A DNA stretch of 53,538 nt, filler included, from Bipalium vagum (taxonomy: Eukaryota), in NCBI GenBank assembly GCA_037834085.1. It is 3 parts of 3 records of this genome, joined end to end, with 100 filler letters (N's around TTAATTAATTAA, not from the genome) between each part and the next. Parts side by side here need not be neighbours in the genome. Positions count along the whole stretch, not along the records: positions 1 to 17,147 come from JBBMKC010076695.1; 2 more parts are not named here. One strand, 5' to 3'. The notes beneath the pieces are model-generated. The model saw nothing but the letters and a program-made list of their open reading frames with translations. It was not told where the DNA came from and did no database searches. Made by a program: the position numbers and the translations under genes. Shown piece by piece: positions 1-11,420 of this stretch. Numbering within the stretch: position 1 is the first letter of the stretch; the number at the start of each line of letters is the position of its first letter.

Positions 1-279
1 TTAATTAAAAACGAATATATAATTTAATTATTATTATTTTTTATAAAATATAATATAAAATATAAAATGACATAAAATGGGTCAAAATATAAAAGAAAGT
101 AGCCTAACAAGGCTTTTTCATGCACAGCAAATTATAATCAAAATGTTTGTCAATTGTCAATAATGAGCTTTAGAGAATCATCCTCCATAAGCTCTTGCCC
201 TGGCTGTGGCTGTTCCGGCTCCTTTGCAGGCTTTAAATTTGAATTGATTGGTGCTGGGACCTCTTTTAATATGGATTCC

Positions 280-705
280 AACAATCCTATTCTTTAAGGT
301 TTTATTTAATCTTTCAATCACAACAACTTTAACTTCATTAAAGGTTGAATTATTATCTTTACAAAATTCTTTGAAGGTTTTATTGTAGAATTCCATGCCT
401 TTATCAACCCATAGTTTTTTTTAGGAATACGTTGATTTGTTTCAAATATGTTCTCAAATGCATTTGTGATTCAGATTCCAGTTTTATCTTTTAATGGAAT
501 TGCAAATGCATATCTTGTATATAAATCTATAACTGTTAATATGATTTTGTAATTCTTTTCACCCGGTACAAAGGTTAAATCTGCAGACTATAGATCATCT
601 TTATTAAAAACTTTAACTTTCAATAAATTTCTTGATTTCCTAATGTTCATATTGTTCATTAATTAAAAAATCTTTTTCAAAATATGTTTTAGTAATGGTC
701 TTCAT
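280..705 (-). mobile_element. Polinton/Maverick rve integrase, decayed (stops/frameshifts, 3'-truncated)
   Basis: Minus-strand translation across frames gives KVKVFNKDDL*SADL..YKIILTVIDLYTRYAFAIPLKDKTG..ITNAFENIF..RIPKKLWVDKGMEFYN..IERLNKTLKNRI, the typical Polinton integrase core (ADL, LTVID, WVDKG.EFYN, ER.N.TLK). Confidence 0.9.
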
Positions 706-1224
706 GTTTGTATTAAAATCGATAACTTTTTAACCAGTTAGATTTTTTATATTTGTTTTAAAAATTTTTTTATTTTTATTACTAATTTTAAATAATATTT
801 TAACATTTTATAATGAACTACATATTTTTCTTTAACATGAAAATCTAAAATTAATTTGCAGCTTTTCCTAATTTATTGGATTCATCATTTAAATATTGTT
901 TTTTCTTAAAAGATTATTCATGTTTTTCTATATTTCTTCTAAAAGGTAATAAGAGTTGTTTTTTTATTGTTTGTTTAATTGTTTCATTATTATAAAATCT
1001 AAACCACATTCAATGAAGCAATATCTTTTGTTCTTGATTTCTGTTAATTTCTTTTAGATCGAAAAAATATTTTTCATCTTCCCATTTATCATTTTTTGAA
1101 GGATTATTTTTTCTCTTACATTTTTAAATAAATTTATTTTTAAATCATGTTTCTTGAACTGACATTTCACTCATTTTTTCTACTAAAGTTTCTAATTCAA
1201 TTTCTTTCATTTTTTCCCTTGTAT

Positions 1225-1500
1225 TTTTATTATTTGCTTTTATAAATCTATTTCCTAAACCTCCTGAGAATCCTCCTAGTTTTGCACTTTCAATCATTAA
1301 ATTAAGAAATTACTAAATTTTTCTATACAATCTGCTAATAAAAGAACATCTACTTTGAAATAAAAATTATGAAAATCCTTAAAAGTTTTACAAATAAAAG
1401 TTTTACATACTTTTGCAGCATGTAAATATTCTGTGGAAGAAATATTTTTCTTGTGAATTGGTTATTAAATAATTCTTTTGAAGGAAGTTTTTTATAATTA
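1225..1500 (-). mobile_element. Polinton/Maverick protein-primed DNA polymerase B fragment (internally deleted)
   Basis: Minus strand reads KLPSKELF..ISSTEYLHAAKV..FKDFHNFYFKVDVLLLADCIEKF, then jumps to MIESAKLGGFSGGLGNRFIKANNK. These match the pPolB motifs LP.K..F, Y.K.DVLLLAD.FE.F and GG.S...RY.KANNK. Confidence 0.8.
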
Positions 1501-2066
1501 ATTTTTTCTTTCCAATTTTCTATTTCTTCTAAATATATTTTTCCTGAAATAAGATTATCTAAATTTTCTTGATATTCATTTTTTCGCTTTTCTCTTATTT
1601 TTGAATAAAATTATAAATCTTTTTTATATTGAAGTAAATCTTTTTCATCTACTTCAAAATATTGCATTAGTTATATATATATTAGTTATTTCATTCTAAG
1701 CGAAAGCTAAGGTTAAATCTGATACACCAATGTAACTTGTAAAATGATCAAATTATGTCAATAATTTATATACGGAAAACCATAATTTTAATAAGATTCA
1801 TCATATTCATATAGTATAAAATAATATTAGTATTAAGTTACGTAAAAATGAGGAAATTAAAAAAGGTATAACATGAAATTTACAATGCACTAGTAGTACT
1901 TAGTAGCTTTAGAAAATTGAAACGAGGAAATTGTTAAAAAACGATTTCAATTTTTAACAGTCTTAAATACAATATTCCAAAAATAATATAAAATAATATT
2001 ACTGCATAAATAAACTATTAAATATTATAAATTATTTATTAATTAAAATTAATTATTTAATTAAGA

Positions 2067-2109
2067 TATAAAGTTAGAATAATTTGTTTAAATACTGAGT
2101 TCAGTATTT
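2067..2109 (+). promoter_or_regulatory. Candidate SPT5 core promoter: TATAAA plus Inr-like TCAGT inside a 9-bp inverted repeat
   Basis: TATAAA at 2067-2072; AAATACTGA-GT-TCAGTATTT at 2090-2109, ending 21 bp before the ATG at 2131. Confidence 0.35.
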
Positions 2110-2130
2110 TATATTATCTTTATAACTATA

Positions 2131-5034
2131 ATGTCTGATAATTCGGTAGATAATTTTTATTATGAAAACCGGAAATCTAGAAAGCGAGATTTTCAAGAAT
2201 CAGATGAAGAAGTTGATGAAGAAGAAATGAAATTTGAGAAAAGACGAAAATATATAAAAGTAAGTTTCTATGATCTGATAATTAAAACAATTAATAAGGA
2301 CAATTAGAATTTTATATTTGACGAAGCCGAGGTAGATGATGATGGGGAGGAGGAATATTCTGAAGATAATGATAATATCGATGACCTTATAGACAATCAA
2401 GAGATGGTTGCAGAAGCTGAAGATGCTTTACAATACGTACAATATAACAATATTATAAGACAAAAAAGCTTGGAAATAGAAAATGAAGAAGACACAGAAG
2501 AAAAATTAAAAAATAAATATAATTTTAATGAAAATCACAAATTTGGTATGGGAAGATCAATGGCTAGCACTATATCACAACAAAGTCGCTTACCAGGTGT
2601 AAAAGATCCATATTTATTTCAAGTTAAATGCTTCGAATCTGAAGAAAAGAATTCCGTTTTGAAATTATTGCACAAATTTTTTGTTTTAGGAATGACAGAC
2701 AAGCCTATGAATATTATTAGTGCCTTTTGCAAAGAAAACGTTAAGGGTTATATTTATATTGAGGCTTATAAAGAAGCACACGTTAGATCTGCTATAGAAA
2801 ATATAAAGCCTCTTTCAAGTAGTAAAGCCAAAATGAAAATCGTTCCAATTTCTGAGATGAGTGAACTATTAAAAGTTTATAAGGCATATAAAAAACTTGA
2901 AAGAGGACAATGGGTTAGAGTGAACAAAGGTCTTTACAAGGGAGATCTAGCTAAAGTAATCTCAGTAGATGCTAATAAAGGTTTAGTTACCTTGAAGTTG
3001 TTACCCAGAATTGACTATAAACCAATTGAAAAGAACAAGACAAATTTTGTAAAGCAAAGATTTTTTGTAAAACCCTTGCCTTGTTTATTAAACAGAAAAA
3101 AGATCCTTGACTTGGACTTAGATTTAAGTAAAAAGGGAAACTTTTTCTCATTTAGAAAAATGGATTTTGATGCACTAGGATTTTTATATAAGAATTTTAA
3201 AATGAATTTTATCGACAGTCATGGAGTTAACCCAGACCCTCAGGAAATTGAAAATTTCAATGAACATTTTCAAAACGCCGATGTAGTTAATACAAGTAAA
3301 ACTGATTTTGAAAGTTCGGATCAATTTTTTTATGTTGGTGAACAAGTTATTGTGGTTGAAGGTTCACTAAAGAATCTTTGTGGGAAAATTGTATCAATTG
3401 ACAATAAAGATATAGTTGTTTATAATTCAGAATTAAATCAGAACATATCCTTTAGGCCCAATGATTTACGAAGGGTTTTTTACGTTGGAAATCATGTTCG
3501 AGTCCAAATGGGAAAACATGAAGGTGAAGTTGGGATGGTAGTTCACAGTGATAATGAAAATGTTGTGGTTTTGAGTGACAGTAATGTTAATCAATTTGAA
3601 GTAAAATCCACTAATCTTACTCTATCAACCATTAATTTGAACAAATTATCATCCAATAATAAATTCATTATTGGAGATCTAATACAAATCGATCCAAAAA
3701 CTGTAGGTGTCATATTGCAGTTTCAGAAATCTATGATTAAAGTGTTGACAAATATGAATAAAGTTTTGATGCTAGAAGGAAATGCTTCATTTACTAAGCG
3801 AAACAATACTAGGAATGTAACACTTGATTCAAACAAACACAAAATTCGCCATAAAGATATTGTAGATGTAATATTTGGTGCTTGTAAAGGCCAAAGTGGT
3901 AATATTCAACATATTTGGAAAGGATTCATTTTCTTGTATAATAATCAATTTTCTGAAAACCAAGGCTTAACTGTAACTAAAGGGAAATATGTAATTAAAA
4001 AAGGTACTGAGGTAATTATTCCAGTAGAAAAAAAGAACTTTAATTTAAGTCCCCAAAGTCATATAAGTCATAGAAACCAAATTCCTTCAGGCCAGAAACA
4101 ACCATTTGAAAAGCTAAATGCAGTAAGAAATGATAAAAAAAGCATTGGAAAAACTGTAAGAATAATCAAAGGACTACTAAAAGGCAAAATTGGAATCCTT
4201 AAAGATATTAAAACAGATTCAGTCTTAATCGAATTGCATTCTGAATTGAAATCTGTAAAAGTATCTAAAGACATGTTCCAAATTTGTGATAATAAAGGTA
4301 GAGTTATGAATTCAGCTTTTGAAATTTCTGATATGCAAAATCAAACATATGAATCAACTACACCTTTTACCAAAAGGTTTGGCGAAGATTGTAGCGCAAC
4401 AAAAATTGAAAATTCTTCCAGATACGGATCAACAAGAAGTGAATCTTTTGATTCATTTATTGGAACTCATACGTACAATAAAAGTCCAACATACATGGAA
4501 AATAAAGATCAGGATAGTGATGAGGAAGAAGAAACGGAAAGCTGGTATTCGATAAATAATAGTTTATGTCAATCTCAAAACCAAAAGTCACAAATTATAA
4601 CAAATAATTCTGAAAATCCATATATACCAAACAATCCAGATTGTGATAGTTCTGAAGAAAATGATTATGAAAAAAATTATCAAAGTCTTACACGACTTTC
4701 CAAATGTCACATTTTAAAAAATGTTGAAGTTTTAATATTAACGCCAAATAATGATATTAAAAGAGGTGTCATTATTGAAGACCCAAGATGTGATTTTGTA
4801 AATATTAGATTAATAGAAGAGACAAAGATTATAAAAGTAAAAATGAATTCAATATTTCGTAAAGAGCCTGAGCCAAACAATAAAGTGGTTTATTTTGATC
4901 CCTCAAAAAATAATTCACCTTACTATGGAACCTGCTTATGCATAGAATATGATGAGGCTGTAGTGAAACTAACTGATAGAAAATTGAAAAATATTCCATT
5001 GAAATATCTTTTCCCATATGCTGATGAAAACTAA
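2131..5034 (+). CDS. SPT5: Transcription elongation factor SPT5 (DSIF large subunit), divergent; exons 2131-2259 and 2308-5034, 951 aa
   Basis: Exon 1 encodes the acidic N-terminus (MSDNSV..ESDEEVDEEE..KRRKYIK). A 48-bp phase-0 GTAAGT..TAG intron follows, then NFIFDEAEVDDD (conserved Spt5 motif) in frame with the 2404 ORF. The NGN domain (LPGVKDP..KGYIYIEAYK..HV), KOW1 (WVRVNKGLYKGDLAKV), KOW2-5 (IGKTVRIIKG..KG.IGI.KD..IELHS) and C-terminal KOW6-7 are all present. Confidence 0.95.
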
Positions 5035-7802
5035 GTCTAGATTAATAAACCTATTAAATGTATAAACAATATTATAGAATAATATAAATAAAATTTCCAA
5101 ATTAAAAATAGTATATATTTTATTTTAATGAAAAATATTTAAATTGAAAAAATTTATTGAAAACAAAGAAACATTGTAGTAAAAAATTCCTTTTTACTGA
5201 CAAACAGAAAAGTTACGAAAAAATATTTGTAGTTTCTACAATTAAAATATTTCAATTAAATTAATAAAATTTTGCATTTGAATAATAAATAAAAATATAT
5301 TAGCATGTTATATATTATTAATAATTATTATTGTTAATATTATTACTATATATTATTATTAAAAGTAATCTTTCATTAGAGTAAATAAATAAAAAATAAA
5401 ATTAGAAATTAATATAAAATTTTTAGAAAATATCACAAAAATCAATGGCAACAAAGATTTATGGATATTATGTTTTTTTAATCGTTTTAACTATTATAGC
5501 ACTAAGTTACTGTATCCCACACTGAATTCAATCTGGTAAAAAAGCTTATTTAGATTAAAGTTTAAAATTGATTTTTACAATTGTTTTCATTTTAGAGTCG
5601 TTTGTTCTGTATTTCTGGTAGTGTTGTTGAGTTTCTCAAAGGTACCCCATAAAATACCTTTTTAAAATATTAATTAATTGTTAATTAATTAATTTTTAAT
5701 TAACCCCTTAAAAAGTAATAAAATGTTTCCCTAAAATTAGTTTTAGCCTAATTAAAACTTATAAAAATAATTAAAATATTACTGAGAGGTTATAAAGGAT
5801 AATTAGGGAAGGATTTTGGGAGAAATGGAAGAAACGAAGCAATTAGCTCACCAACAATGAGCATCAAGGAGCAAATTTTGGGAAATTGGAGGGTGCTCGT
5901 CTGCAAACTGATTAGTTAGAATCAATATATAAGGAGAAGCATTTCTTTACAATTTCAACTCCCACAAACAGTGCAAAAAATACAATAAATATTGAACAGT
6001 ATTGTAGCTTTCTGTATTTTTTTCAAATTCAAACATCAAACCATTTTTGAAAAAAAATCTTTTTATTATAATATTTTTTGTAATAATAAAACAAAATTTT
6101 AATTTTTTTAAATTTAATAAACAAATCAATATTATTAAAATAAAAGGTACTTGTTTGGAATAGCATGATACTTTTAATGATTGTCTTATTTAACAAAATC
6201 ATCTTTAGAATGGAATTTCTTGTTTGATCTTATTCTCATTTTTATTAAAATAATTATAAAATTTAAAATCGCCACACAGTTGGTTGGTCAAAAAATCAGG
6301 TAATATTATTTTGATAACTCTAACAATTATATGATCTGTATAATGATAATCTTAGAACAATTATAATAAAAATTATGCTTACTTCTGGGTTAGGGTTCAG
6401 CAGGTCATAATAAACATTAAAAACTCCTTTCAAAAATGTAAGTCTTGGGGTTTTTATGTCTCGATTTCTGCTCTTTTAATATAGTTTATATGTGAATTTG
6501 GTGTTTGATCAATAATCTCTGTGTAGAAAGAAAGATAAAACGCTGTTATCTGACATTTTGGATGAAAAGAAAACCGATTGTGAATATAAAAATCAAGTAT
6601 TATGCTATTTCAAACAAGGACCAAAGTGAATTGATTCAAAGTGATATTATTATGAAGTGATTTTTCTTTTGTAATGAACAAATTGATTCGAACCTACCAT
6701 TATTTTTGAATCAGAATTAAATTCAATTTGGTTAATATTTATTTAAATATTACCGATTACTTTAATAATTTTTTATTTTCATTCATATTTTCAATTACTA
6801 TTTTTAGGAAATCTAGAAGCTTCACTTAGAGATACTTGAATATTCTATGATAAATGTAACCATTTTATTACCTCGTTCGGTTATATTCCAACTTAAAATA
6901 CAATTTGTTTAAATAGTTTAATTACACATTAACTTTTACATTAAAAAGGAATTTAGAAATAAGTTACAATTAAGGATAGAATAAAATCTATTATTCAATT
7001 ACATAATATTTAATTTTATGTTTAATAAAATTTTCAAAACAAAATTTCATTTTTTTTCACCGATATTGAAAAATTCCTGTTTGAAATTCGACATATATTA
7101 ATTAGGAACGAAATAGTTTTCTCTTAGATTTTGTAAATAAACTTTTAGTAGTAAATATTGATTATTTTTTAATATAGAATATAAAATAATTACTATATTA
7201 AAACAAACCAACGATTTTTTTATTTCAAATCTTATTTATTTATTGATTTTTAATTTATGGTCATCTTAATCACTTTTTTGAGAAAGACTGTAATTATGGT
7301 GGTAATTATTTTATAAAATTTATTTTAAATGAGGTATTTTAATTATTTATATGCCTTTGAAGTTAATCTTATTTGATTTTTTTATTAGTATTTTTTAAAC
7401 GAAAATATTATTTTCAAAAATATTAGAGATGGAATCAAGCCTTGAACTAGGATTAATTCATATTTAAATTTTTCTAACCAATTTTATTGTATCTTGTAAT
7501 TTGAAATTAATACTTAATTTTGGTAGTTTAATACTGAATAAATCATTGTATATTTGTTATAAATTTTCTGACTTGTACATGAAAATACATTATTAGAATG
7601 TTTATTCTAACTTGTGAAATAGTTTTCAGTAAATTATTAATTTTTTATTATCTTAATATTTAGTGATTTCAATGCTTTATGAAAAATCTTTTCTAAATAT
7701 GTATTGTTTATTTCTAAAGAACTTATGTAATGTTTCATAATCACTTACACACTGTTGTTTAAATATATGATCTATTTATCTTCCTTTAAACATAAATAAT
7801 TT

Positions 7803-9481
7803 ATGGCTACACCATCTATTCAGGTATTATGAATTATAATAATATTTCTATTTAGAATTGAAATTTAGAAAGCTGTTGATCTAGTTACCAAAGCTACTGA
7901 AGAAGATAAAAATAAAAATTTTAAGGAAGCTCTAAAATTATATGAGAATGGAGTAGAATATTTTCTTCACAGTATAAAATGTTATTTATTTTAATTTATT
8001 TATATTTTTATTGATTGGGATTATTTCAAATACAGATGATAGTCACACTGAAAAATCTAAAGGACAAATTAGAAATAAATGTGTTCAATATTTGGAAAGA
8101 GCAGAGAATTTAAAGCAATTTATCAACAATGAAGATGGTATAAAAGATAAAGGGAAATCATCAGCTGGAGTTGATGCCAATGATAAAAAGAAAACAGGAG
8201 AATCTGACAGTGACAGCGAAAAGGATGTAGAAAAAAAGAAATTCCAATCCCAGTTGAATGATGCTATTGTTGTTGAAAGACCAAACATTCATTGGAATGA
8301 CATAGCTGGTTTGCATAACGCAAAGGAAGCACTTAAAGAGGCTGTTATTTTACCCATAAAGTTTCCTCATTTATTTACCGGTAAACGAACGCCGTGGAAA
8401 GGAATTCTTCTTTACGGTGTACAGTAATTTCATTTTTTCATTAATATTTTGTTTTAAATTTAAGTATTATTTTTGAATTCATCGACGATGTTTATTTATT
8501 TTACAATAAAAGTTGTTTATGTAACTTAATAAGTTAATAAAAATTGAAACTTCAGCCTCCTGGAACCGGAAAATCTTATTTGGCCAAAGCAGTTGCAACT
8601 GAAGCCAACAATTCAACATTTTTTTCCGTGTCCAGCTCAAATCTTGTATCGAAATGGCTGGGAGAGAGCGAAAAATTGGTGAAAAATCTGTTTATGATGG
8701 CTCGTGACAAAAGGCCAAGTATCATCTTCATAGACGAAATCGATTCATTGTGTAGTAACCGTGGGGACAACGACTCTGAATCAGCTAAACGAATAAAAAC
8801 TGAGTTTCTCGTTCAAATGCAAGGCGTAAACAGTGATAACGATAACGTATTGATCTTAGCCGCCACTAATATTCCCTGGGCGCTTGATTCTGCTATTCGA
8901 AGGCGATTCGAAAAACGTATTTACATTGCACTGCCTGAAGCACCAGCAAGAACAGAAATGTTTAAATTAAGCATGGGCAACAAACCCGGTCAGCACAATC
9001 TGACGCAACAGGATTTCGTTGAACTGGGTCGACGATCGGAGGGTTATTCGGGAGCAGATGTCAGCATTGCTGTTCGAGATGCATTGATGATGCCCGTGAG
9101 AAAGGTACAAATGGCAACTCACTTCAAAAAAGTACGAAAAATTTTTTAAAAAATAATTTTCTACAATTGACCAATAAAAAATGTTTCAGGTTCGAGGACC
9201 ATCGCCACTCGATCCCAATTTGATAGTGGACGATTTGTTTACGCCTTGTAGTCCGGGATCATCAGGGGCCATTGCCATGAATTGGCAAGAGTTGGATGGT
9301 GAAAAGTTACTGGAACCTCCTGTGACAATTGTTCATATTTTTGATTTTTAGCTAAGTTACCAATATTTTTTATTTACAGAATGATATGTTCCATTCTTTA
9401 AGCCGCAACAAACCAACAGTAAATCAGCAGGATTTGGAAAAGTTGATCAAATTTACGAATGATTTTGGCCAGGATGGATGA
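7803..9481 (+). CDS. VPS4: Vacuolar protein sorting 4 AAA-ATPase; exons 7803-7823, 7869-7980, 8036-8418, 8556-9131, 9190-9330, 9380-9481; 444 aa
   Basis: The spliced ORF is 1335 nt with five GT-AG introns (45, 55, 137, 58, 49 bp). It has the MIT domain ([19 protein letters not shown]), Walker A GILLYG|PPGTGKS, Walker [12 protein letters not shown] ([23 protein letters not shown]), beta domain (TPCSPG) and C-terminal [10 protein letters not shown]. Confidence 0.97.
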
Positions 9482-9899
9482 ATTGAGCTGAATCAACGAA
9501 CTTGACCTAAATATTTTTATGAGACATTTATATTAATTTGAGGGACTTGATTGATTAGATTATTGAGAACCAATTAAGATTTGAAGAATTATTTTTGTTA
9601 ATTTTATTTGCGCTGTTTGTGATTGGACGAATAATTTTTATTTTACGATTCTCTCGTGCCTGGGTGGAGAAAGGTGTGTATAGAATGTATTATTCCATTC
9701 TGGTCGATGAGAAGGTACAGTGTTGAATAATTTTTATTTTTCAAGGCCAGTTTTCTATTTTAGAAATAAAGATATTTTTTATTTTGATTTTAATATTGAA
9801 TCGAATTTTCAATTTTTTTTTAATATATATTTAGTATTTTTTAACAATAAATAATTTTTAACTATCTTAAATCTGACTGCCAGTTTGAGTGGGCATGGG

Positions 9900-10160
9900 G
9901 CGTTTTGCTAAGAGTTAAGCATTGCTGTTTCAAGATCAGTATCAAGCTCGACATGAACTTGCAAAATCATTATGAATCTGTTGATGTTTACAAACCGTGG
10001 AGAAGATTTAAAAGAAAGATACCTTGCGAGTCACACGTGAATTTTATTTGCTCAACAAAGAAGAAAAGGTTTTCAGCAGAAAATTGTTACGAGTGATGAA
10101 AATGGATTTATATTGATAATCATAAATGTAGAAAATTAAGTTACAATCCAGAGTAACTCC
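9900..10160 (+). mobile_element. mariner transposase relic
   Basis: KGFQQKIVTSDE.WIYIDNHKCRK resembles the mariner RIVTGDEKWI..N.KR motif; frameshifted. Confidence 0.65.
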
Positions 10161-11264
10161 AAAGTGGAATTTTCAATAAAAAGTTTAATTTATTTAAGCT
10201 GACTTTCCGATCTAATTCCTAATGGGTGTGAAAGTAGTTTACCAATCAAAAAAAATAACAAAGATTAGTTTTACAACTTTTATTGACTATATAACACTAC
10301 AAGTTTTATTCAAAAATGGCAACCAAAATTTATCTTGATCAAAATGACAATTATTTTATTTGAAGAACTCAATCTACACTAGGAAAAATAAATTATTTGT
10401 ATATGCTAAAAAAAAAATATTAGAATTTTTGACAGGTAAATTAAGATTTTCAAATTTTTATTTATACTGTATATTTTATTTTTTTACTATTTACACTTTC
10501 TTGTTTCTATGATCCCATTGTTACTGTGAGAAGCGTAATTCCTTAATGACTTAATCTTATTATTGCGGGCTTCCTTATACACAGATTTCATATTAATTTT
10601 ATAATTATTATCTATTTATTTATTTTTATCTATTTATGTATATATATTACGTCGTTTTATATTTCTTTGATATGCTATAATAATTTATATACACAATTTA
10701 TTATTTAAATTTATTATTATTTTGAAAAAAGTTAGGTTCTGTCGTCTTATTTGTGGTGAGAGCTTTTTGTTTATTGATTGTTATATTTCAGTCCAGCTTT
10801 GTCTGGGACTCTAAAATGCTTTAGAAAGGATTTCTTTTTTAACTATTGATTATTGAATTTCGCATTTCAGTACGGAGAACTACCATATTATGAAAAGTAG
10901 TTTTGTTCTATATTTTATTATTTAGTCAATTTTTGTCTTCCATATTAGGCCAACTACAAGCCTTTTGAACATGCCTTTTTTTAAACTAGTTTTATTTATT
11001 ATTCTTTTATTATTTAAAAAATTTATTTAGTTTTGTAAATTGATTAATATTAAAAAACAAAGTCCCACAATTAAATGATAATTCCTTTTTACCATACCAA
11101 AAACAAAATTCAATCAAATCACAATGACAAAATGCGTTAAATTTTTGAATAATTGGATTTGATTTGATAACTGATTGTCAGTTGGAATTTGAAATCAAAA
11201 TAATTGATTGATAAATCAGAATTCAATAACTTTTTGGACTCCGAATCCCACAAAGGAACCCACT

Positions 11265-11420
11265 ATTGTTCAGCAGCACTTCCAATCCTTTGAAGAGATT
11301 GAAAAATGGCTCACTAATTGGTCACCAAAAAAGTATGAAGATTTTTTCAACGCGGAGCTCATCAGCTTCTTGAAAGATGGACAACAACAAGAAACAAAAA
11401 TAGTGAATTATTTCAAATCA
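11265..11420 (+). mobile_element. mariner transposase C-terminal fragment
   Basis: QQHFQSFEEIEKWLTNW..K.EDFF then (frameshift) QRGAHQLLERW resembles the Mos1-type C-terminus (F.S.E.V.KWL.EW..RGIHKLPERW). Confidence 0.7.

Noticed and set aside
1890-1910. AGTAGT as a Polinton terminus
   Set aside because: Wrong orientation for the relic on its left, and no TIR partner or TSD.
2404-5034. ORF-track start of SPT5 at Met 2404
   Set aside because: The conserved FIFDEAEVD motif and an acidic exon lie upstream; the start is better placed at 2131 with a 48-bp intron.
2200-8770. Short antisense or alternative-frame ORFs overlapping SPT5 and VPS4
   Set aside because: Shadows of the real coding frames with no independent signal.
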